Shown in pieces: positions 1 to 5,879 of a stretch of DNA of 14,329 bases. Position 1 is the stretch's first letter. Every line of letters begins with the position of its first letter. Made by a program: the position numbers and the translations under genes. This stretch comes from Candidatus Dadabacteria bacterium (GTDB lineage: Bacteria > Desulfobacterota_D > UBA1144 > Nemesobacterales > CSP1-2): assembly GCA_040289575.1 (NCBI GenBank), contig PSLL01000019.1, positions 1-14,329 on the forward strand. Reading direction: 5' to 3'. Below the pieces are notes generated by a model. It ran no database searches and was not told the DNA's origin. It worked only from the letters and a program-made list of their open reading frames with translations.

Positions 1-204
1 GTTGCTCAGGACACAGGGTTCAGCAATATCCTGCCCACAGGTGAAGGGCTCTTTGCCTTCACCACAATAGATGAGGCACTGATGGCAATTGATGATATTA
101 ACAGCGATTACCGACGACATTGTGATGCAGCACGGGCGATTGCGGAAGAGTACTTCAATACCTGTACATTGGCAGCACGTCTGCTTGTGGATATAGGTCT
201 ATAG
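1..204 (+). CDS. Partial CDS (3' end): glycosyltransferase-like (GT-B/CgeB-like) protein C-terminus
   Basis: Frame 1 is open from base 1 to TAG at 202-204: VAQDTGFSNILPTGEGLFAFTTIDEALMAIDDINSDYRRHCDAARAIAEEYF...; the QDTGF..LP.GEGL.AF...EA...I......Y..H..AAR.IAEEYF pattern resembles the C-terminus of uncharacterised GT1-like proteins. Absent from the ORF track because the start lies outside the window. Confidence 0.7.
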   Translation, partial: VAQDTGFSNILPTGEGLFAFTTIDEALMAIDDINSDYRRHCDAARAIAEEYFNTCTLAARLLVDIGL

Positions 205-233
205 ATACCTGTGTTGTGTCTAATAGAGGAGAG

Positions 234-923
234 ATGAGAAAATACCTTATCTTTAATGCGGATGATTTTGGCGCATCCACAGGGGTGAATCGCGGCATTC
301 TGAAATGCCACACCGATGGCGTGGTCACAAGCGCCAGTCTCATGGTTACTGGCCGAGCCATACGCGAGGCTGTATCTATGAGCCAGGATTACCCGACATT
401 ATCAATCGGACTGCATTGGGACATCTGGGGAGAGAATGAAAGAGAGTTCAATACACACGATATTCAGGCGGTTCGCGATGAGTTTTACAAACAGCTCGAT
501 AGGTTCTATCACCTAATGGGTCGAATGCCCACACATATTGATTCCCACCGTCATGCACACAGAGAGAAGCATTTGATGCCCGTATTTAGAGAGATGGTAG
601 AGTCGTTGGGCGTGCCCCTGCGTGATGATGGGCGTGTGCGTTTCGTCGGTGGTTTCTATGCCCAATGGGAGTGGATGGTAACAAACCTGGAATATGTGAG
701 TGTGACGTTTCTTCAAAAGATGCTCTGTGAAGAGGTAAACGACGGATGGACCGAATTCTCGTGCCATCCGGGCTATGTCTCACCGGATTACAAAGCGGTT
801 TACCTAAGAGAGCGGGAATCAGAAGTACGTACACTTACAGATACCCGCATCCGGCAAACCATAGAGCAACTGGGCATCAGTCTTGTGAGCTATGCCGACT
901 ATCTGAAATCAGACCAGTTATAG
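234..923 (+). CDS. YdjC/ChbG/HpnK-family carbohydrate deacetylase
   Basis: Motifs LIFNADDFG, TSASLM, IGLH, PTHIDSHRH and EFSCHPGY. Start placed at ATG 234 behind GAGGAG; the track uses GTG 216. Confidence 0.92.
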   Translation: MRKYLIFNADDFGASTGVNRGILKCHTDGVVTSASLMVTGRAIREAVSMSQDYPTLSIGLHWDIWGENEREFNTHDIQAVRDEFYKQLDRFYHLMGRMPTHIDSHRHAHREKHLMPVFREMVESLGVPLRDDGRVRFVGGFYAQWEWMVTNLEYVSVTFLQKMLCEEVNDGWTEFSCHPGYVSPDYKAVYLRERESEVRTLTDTRIRQTIEQLGISLVSYADYLKSDQL

Positions 924-943
924 ACAACAAACCCGACCCATTT

Positions 944-1122
944 GTCATTGCGAACACATTCGCTTAACTCAGTGTAACTCTGTGAAGCAATCCCCTTTGA
1001 GATTGCTTCGTTGCTATCGCTCTCTATCTATTCGTCAGAGATATTAAGTGGAATTGGATGCCATGGCCCAATAGAGGCAGCATCCATAAGCTCCTATTCG
1101 TCGCTTATATCCTCGCAATGAC
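944..1122. repeat. REP/RPE-like palindromic intergenic element carrying an internal insert
   Basis: Perfect 10-bp terminal inverted repeat GTCATTGCGA (944-953) / TCGCAATGAC (1113-1122). Inner 9-bp inverted repeat GAAGCAATC (984-992) / GATTGCTTC (1001-1009). Further stem TGGATGC (1055-1061) / GCATCCA (1080-1086). Confidence 0.75.
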
Positions 1123-1207
1123 TGTTTTTATACACTATGGCAAAATACAATTTGGTATTAGGTTCATATACTTATGATGATGCTATTTTTGGTAAACACA
1201 CAGTTGG

Positions 1208-1237
1208 TTGATTTACATAATGGCGGTAATATATAAT
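1208..1237 (+). promoter_or_regulatory. Putative sigma70 promoter for the MORN-repeat gene
   Basis: TTGATT (1208-1213), 18-nt spacer, perfect TATAAT (1232-1237); SD-like AAGGAG at 1254-1259 upstream of ATG 1268. Confidence 0.5.
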
Positions 1238-1267
1238 TCGGATAGAGCTTGAGAAGGAGAAAGAGAA

Positions 1268-2011
1268 ATGGTTAAGGCAATAATAATGTGTATGCCTATG
1301 TTTTTAATATCGGTATCTGCTTATGGAGAGACTACTAATCCAATTTGTAAGGATAATCCTGACGGGATAGTGAAGGATTACTATACAAACGGAAGATTAA
1401 GGGCCGAATGGGGATGCCGAAACGGTCAGCTAAATGGGATAACCAGGTTTTACTATGAAAGTGGGGTGATACAGGCAGAGACGAATTATATTGATGGCAA
1501 AGCGATGGGAATGAATAGGACATACTATGAAAGCGGCAATATACAATCGGAAACGAACTACTATGATGGCAAAGCCGAGGGAATAGGTAGGACTTATTAT
1601 AAGAACGGCAACATACAATCAGAAACAAACTATAATGATGGTAAAGCCGAGGGAATAAGCAGGAGTTATTACGAGAACGGAGCCTTAATGCAGACATCGA
1701 ACTTTAAAGGCAATCTTAGGCAGGGGATAAGCAGAACCTACTACGACAACGGGAATGTAGAAAAGGAGGTAAACTATCAGGATGGCAAAGCGGTGGGTAT
1801 GAGTAGGACATACTATGAAAGCGGCAACATACGCGCGGATGCAAACTATAAGAACGGCAAACTCGATGGGATAGCTAGAGAATACTATGATTCTGGTGAA
1901 GTAAAGTATGTAGATACATACAAGGATGGAGAGCACATTGATAGAAAAGAGTATGATAAGGAAGGCAGGCTTAAATTTGATCAAGACTATTCCTATGCCA
2001 CAGGAAAATAG
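1268..2011 (+). CDS. Secreted MORN-variant (MORN_2 / YwqK-like) repeat protein
   Basis: N-terminal hydrophobic signal peptide ending ...VSAYG, then about 8 repeats of 24 aa of type YYE(S/N)GNIQSETNYxDGKAEGxxRT. Confidence 0.88.
   Translation: MVKAIIMCMPMFLISVSAYGETTNPICKDNPDGIVKDYYTNGRLRAEWGCRNGQLNGITRFYYESGVIQAETNYIDGKAMGMNRTYYESGNIQSETNYYDGKAEGIGRTYYKNGNIQSETNYNDGKAEGISRSYYENGALMQTSNFKGNLRQGISRTYYDNGNVEKEVNYQDGKAVGMSRTYYESGNIRADANYKNGKLDGIAREYYDSGEVKYVDTYKDGEHIDRKEYDKEGRLKFDQDYSYATGK
1379..1954 (+). repeat. Intragenic 72-bp (24-aa) tandem repeat, about 8 degenerate units
   Basis: YY-x-x-G units recur every 72 bp from 1379. The identical 24-mer TAGGACATACTATGAAAGCGGCAA occurs at 1516 and 1804, a spacing of 4 x 72 bp. 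Confidence 0.85.
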
Positions 2012-2142
2012 GAAACCGTGATAGATTTAAAAACTCAGAGGTTAAAGACCTCATTCAATCAATAAGACCTCCAATTCCAAACGCCGTGCTATTGCCAATA
2101 TATTATTCAGGTAAAATTAGATAAATACCTTGAGGTGAAATC

Positions 2143-2535
2143 GTGGAAGTTCAGGCTATCTGGAAAAGGAATTATCAGGTTGAAGTCAGAGCAAGACAGT
2201 TTAGCGTTCCGATTGACGAAGCCCAGGAATTCCATGGAGACGATACAGGAATGATGCCTACAGAGCTTTTTCTCTGCTCTTTGGCTTCGTGCTTCTGCCT
2301 TGCACTTGTGTTTGTCGCCAGGAAGAAAAGAATTGAAATTAAAGATATGCGCGTGAATGTGAAAGGTGAAAAAGACCTTAAAAATTTCCTTTTTTCAAGG
2401 CTTATTGTTGAGATTGATAGCTCTCTTTTGCCCGAAATTCTGCAAGGTATTATACCGCTTGCAAAAAAATACTGTTTTGTAAGCAACACGGTTTCGAAAT
2501 CGTGCCCGATAGAATACACAATAAAGAACATTTAA
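2143..2535 (+). CDS. OsmC/Ohr/YhfA-family thiol redox protein
   Basis: IDE....GDD.G..P.ELFL.SLASC (C50) and KYCFVSNT (C111); GTG start behind GAGGTG. Confidence 0.88.
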   Translation: MEVQAIWKRNYQVEVRARQFSVPIDEAQEFHGDDTGMMPTELFLCSLASCFCLALVFVARKKRIEIKDMRVNVKGEKDLKNFLFSRLIVEIDSSLLPEILQGIIPLAKKYCFVSNTVSKSCPIEYTIKNI

Positions 2536-2547
2536 AGGAGATCAAAG

Positions 2548-3003
2548 TTGCCAATAAAATTCAAGATTAAAAAAAATTATTTTCAGGATGCGCTCCGATT
2601 GATGCGTATATCGAAAATCCTTAGTGAGACGGAAGGGGTAAAGAAAGCCGTTGCTGTAATGGCAACCGAAAAAGCCAAGTTCGCGCTCGAAGATGCCGGT
2701 CTTATGACTGTGGAGATGAAGGATGCCAAAGGAAGCGATTTGGTGATGGTGGTTGAATCCGAGTCCGAAGAGATAGCCAATCAGGCACTCGCAAGAATGG
2801 AAGAGTTAATTTCATCGGGCATCTCCCAAACCAAGAAGGCTCCTCCCGATATACTACATCAGGAGATTCATGCGATAAATATCGGACTTGAGAACTTCAA
2901 GGAAGCCCTTGAAGCCCAAGGCGTAAAAGTAGTCCATGTCAACTGGCAGGTTCCTGCGAAAGGCGACATGAAATTGATAAATATTTTAAAGAAGATGTAT
3001 TAA
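2548..3003 (+). CDS. Mini-FdrA (AllF-like) protein: N-terminal and C-terminal segments of FdrA joined, without the central CoA-binding/ligase domains
   Basis: N-part IKKNYFQDALRLMRISK.L....GV..A.A.MATE..K..L...GL...DL.MVV resembles the FdrA N-terminus. C-part INIGLENF...L..QGV.VVHVNW..PA.GD..L..IL resembles the FdrA C-terminus. TTG start behind AAGGAG. Confidence 0.75.
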   Translation: MPIKFKIKKNYFQDALRLMRISKILSETEGVKKAVAVMATEKAKFALEDAGLMTVEMKDAKGSDLVMVVESESEEIANQALARMEELISSGISQTKKAPPDILHQEIHAINIGLENFKEALEAQGVKVVHVNWQVPAKGDMKLINILKKMY

Positions 3004-3004
3004 A

Positions 3005-3571
3005 ATGAGCATACGCAATCCCGAAAGGTTAAAAGAGGTTCTTTCAAATCCCAAGTGTCTCGCAAGGGCTTTTAGTAGGCATACATACGGAATGATTGCT
3101 TGGGTGGATTTGTTTGGAGGAAAGCTAAAATCATTTCGTGACATCGAAACAAAACTCGTTGTCTCCCGAATAATTGCCGACAATGCAAAGCACGCAAAGT
3201 TCTTCTGGGACAGAGCTAAAGAACTGGGTGAAAAACCGGAAACCTACAGACCTCCACAGATTGGGCAGAAGATTTATGACATACTTGAATCATACGAAGA
3301 CCCATTTGATCAATTTGCCTATGCATGGGGGTCTCTTATACATTTTTCGTCCCTGCTTGACATATACCACAGCGTGGCGGATTCAAAGAGCCGAGCCATA
3401 ATAGAAGAGGTTCAAGGAGACGTCAAGGAACACTTAAAACTTCTGGAGAGATACTTCAAATCAAATGCAGACACACCTGAGAAGAAAAAGCGCGCCGAAG
3501 AGGTAAGAACTTTAGCCCACAGAATCTACACCGATAGAGAAGATGAGGAGATAAAATGGTATGCCTCGTAG
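3005..3571 (+). CDS. Ferritin-like four-helix-bundle protein with degenerate metal ligands
   Basis: Two D-x-x-x-H helices (IIADNAKHAKFFWDRAKELG; VQGDVKEHL) about 80 aa apart, as the two DExxH motifs of ferritin-like proteins are. Starts 1 nt after the upstream stop. Confidence 0.65.
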   Translation: MSIRNPERLKEVLSNPKCLARAFSRHTYGMIAWVDLFGGKLKSFRDIETKLVVSRIIADNAKHAKFFWDRAKELGEKPETYRPPQIGQKIYDILESYEDPFDQFAYAWGSLIHFSSLLDIYHSVADSKSRAIIEEVQGDVKEHLKLLERYFKSNADTPEKKKRAEEVRTLAHRIYTDREDEEIKWYAS

Positions 3572-4406
3572 AGGAATGCCCAGCTTTGAGGAGTTGTTAA
3601 GTCCACTCCCAATCTATTCCATAAAAAACTGGTATTATAAACTCTATTCACTCTTCTTAATGACAATCGGCATGACATCAGATGGAATAAAAACTGGCTA
3701 TACATACGGCTTCGATTCGGGAATGATTATGAACTATGTATATCAGAATACTCCGCACGGGAGATTTTATATTGGAAAGCTTCTAGACAGGGTATTCCTC
3801 AATCAGATTACATGTAAAGCATTCAGGGCAATTAAAGAAATACAGAAAAATGCAATTAAAAATTATTTAGAACAGAGAAATGGAAGTCCCACGTTTATAG
3901 TTGATCTAGCTTCGGGAAAAGCCGACTACATATACGATGCTCTTAGAGAGGCAAACGCCAACGTAAAGGTTCTGCTCCGAGATATTAGCGAGACTGTGCT
4001 CAAAGAAAGCATGGCTATAGCCAGAGGTCTGAACCTAGAGGACAAGGTAAGCTATGAAGTTGCAGATGCACTTGATGTAGAGAGCCTAAAAAAGATTCCC
4101 AAGCCGAATCTTGTAGTTGAAGTCGGTTTATATGGAATCATACACGATGATGAGTTGATACGAAGGCATTTCTTTGAACTTCGGGATATACTTAACCCAG
4201 AGGCGATTCTCTTTAATGTCCAGACATATAATCCACAAATAGAGCTAATTGCGAGGGTACTCAAAAATAGCAATGGTGATCGCTGCGTGTGGCACCTCCG
4301 TCCAGCAGAGGTCGTAATAAATTGGGCAGAAAAGGCAGGATTCAAAAACCCAAAAGTCACCATGGACCCCTATGGCATCTATACAGTGGTTATGATGAGA
4401 AATTAA
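3561..4406 (+). CDS. Class I SAM-dependent methyltransferase-fold protein, YnbC C-terminal (Methyltransf_20)-like, stand-alone
   Basis: SDGIKTG..YGFDSG...NYVYQN.P.G...IGKLLDR.FLN, SAM motif I IVDLASGKADY, LRD, DALD, GLY, PQIELIARVL, D.YGIYTV. Overlaps the upstream gene by 11 nt. Confidence 0.85.
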   Translation: MPRRGMPSFEELLSPLPIYSIKNWYYKLYSLFLMTIGMTSDGIKTGYTYGFDSGMIMNYVYQNTPHGRFYIGKLLDRVFLNQITCKAFRAIKEIQKNAIKNYLEQRNGSPTFIVDLASGKADYIYDALREANANVKVLLRDISETVLKESMAIARGLNLEDKVSYEVADALDVESLKKIPKPNLVVEVGLYGIIHDDELIRRHFFELRDILNPEAILFNVQTYNPQIELIARVLKNSNGDRCVWHLRPAEVVINWAEKAGFKNPKVTMDPYGIYTVVMMRN

Positions 4407-4478
4407 TGCGAATTCATCAAACTCTGAGATTTTTAGGCAATATCAATAAGTCGAGTAAGTTTTATGGGAGGCACTAAA

Positions 4479-5879
4479 TTGAAGAGAGAGAGATTTGTTC
4501 TGGGATGGGAAGGCAATACTGAAGAGCCAACTTTTATAAAAAACGCTCTATCAAATAGGATTAGATCGGTCATGAAAAGCCCACATGGGATGTGGAACTA
4601 CATGACGTACCGTGATGCGATAAGGATATTGGGATGGAACGCAGAAGAGATTTATAAGGAAGGCAGGGTTGACTTAGACCCAAAAGTTTGGGCAGATTTC
4701 GGTTGGATGACGTGCTATGTGGGTCCGCCTAAGAGTGCTGTGAAAGCGATGCGTGAAAAGACAAATGCATCAAATATCAATCCATACTCTCCAGACCTTA
4801 TAAACCCATTGAGAGACGCATGCGCCCGGATAAAGCTTGGACGTGAAAGGAGTAGAGACTTTGAAGTCATAGGAACAGAAGGCGGACAGGCAGGGATTTC
4901 ATACGCACTTCAGACACTTATAGACCCCGGCGATGAGGTGATCATTACCGATCCCGGATATTTTCACTTTGAATCCGCAATCCTGATGGCAAGGGGGGTG
5001 CCCATAAAGATTCCCCTAGGTTCTAAAAATGGATACCGTTTAAACCCGGATGAATTAAAAGGTTATATTACGCCAAAAACAAAGGTGATAATCGTTTGTG
5101 ATCCACTTAACCCTTTCGGTACCGTGCAGACAAAAGACGAGTTGATTGCCCTCATTGAGATTGCAAGAAAAGGCAACATCATAATAATCGACGACATTAC
5201 ACACAACACTCAGAGAATTGACCCTAATTCTCAGCACTATCCTATGAGCTCCCTCTGGAAGGAGATAAACACAGACAATGTGATCTCAGTCTTCAGCGTC
5301 TCCCATGGATACGGAATGGCCGGTGTTCGCATTGGCTTTCTTGCGGGTCACACGGAGATTATGAGGGCATGCCTAATATCAAAAACCTCCTTGACAAGGC
5401 TTAATACCAATCTCATCTCTCAATATGGGGCGCTGGCGGCCTTAAATGACGAGGATTATATTAAGAAATCAGAGGAAATAATAAGGCGTAACTATAGTCA
5501 CATAAGAGAAACGATAAGCCAAATCAAAGACCTGTTCATTCCAGTTGAACCCAAATATGGCTTTTCCGTAGTTGTAGACGTTTCCAATACGGGCACAACA
5601 GCACAGGAATTGACCATTGCCCTTTTTAAACACCGCGTAGCCGTATATCCGGGAGACGGATTGGGCAACGTTGGCGCGACTGAATACATCAGGCTCAATA
5701 TCTCCCGCCCCGACATCTGGGCATTTGGACACCTCCGTAATATGCTCCCCCTGGCAATTGAAGAGGCAAGATCTGGGATCTATCGCAAGGGTGTCATACA
5801 ATTTTTTAGAGAAAAGAAGACAGAGCGGGCGGAGAGAATCATACAGAAGATGAAAGAGATACATTTGGCAGATGAATGA
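4479..5879 (+). CDS. Fold-type I aminotransferase class I/II-like enzyme with His replacing the PLP-binding Lys
   Basis: PGDEVIITDPGY, DPLNPFG, DDITH, FSVSHGYGMAGVRIG (canonical S-x-S-K-x-x-G-M-x-G-x-R-x-G) and YIRLNIS. Start probably TTG 4479 behind GGAGG (4467-4471); ATG 4464 is an in-frame alternative. Confidence 0.85.
   Translation: MKRERFVLGWEGNTEEPTFIKNALSNRIRSVMKSPHGMWNYMTYRDAIRILGWNAEEIYKEGRVDLDPKVWADFGWMTCYVGPPKSAVKAMREKTNASNINPYSPDLINPLRDACARIKLGRERSRDFEVIGTEGGQAGISYALQTLIDPGDEVIITDPGYFHFESAILMARGVPIKIPLGSKNGYRLNPDELKGYITPKTKVIIVCDPLNPFGTVQTKDELIALIEIARKGNIIIIDDITHNTQRIDPNSQHYPMSSLWKEINTDNVISVFSVSHGYGMAGVRIGFLAGHTEIMRACLISKTSLTRLNTNLISQYGALAALNDEDYIKKSEEIIRRNYSHIRETISQIKDLFIPVEPKYGFSVVVDVSNTGTTAQELTIALFKHRVAVYPGDGLGNVGATEYIRLNISRPDIWAFGHLRNMLPLAIEEARSGIYRKGVIQFFREKKTERAERIIQKMKEIHLADE

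Noticed and set aside
944..1122. Palindromes as a CRISPR array, tRNA or riboswitch
   Set aside because: No regularly spaced repeats with spacers, no cloverleaf, and no riboswitch consensus that I can recognise.
1379..1954. 72-bp periodicity as a CRISPR array or DGR template/variable repeat
   Set aside because: The repeats are in-frame coding units with ordinary codon-level divergence. No cas or reverse transcriptase gene and no adenine-specific variation pattern were seen.
2038..2130. Short inverted and direct repeats (GAGGT/ACCTC, AAGACCT x2, AGGTA/TACCT) and TTGCCA...TAAAAT upstream of osmC
   Set aside because: The stems are only 5-7 bp and the -35/-10 spacing is 14 nt, too weak to call a terminator, operator or promoter.
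2569..2576. A8 tract near the start of mini-fdrA as a phase-variation site
   Set aside because: The tract is short, in frame and encodes the conserved IKKN motif, which is expected in an AT-rich gene.
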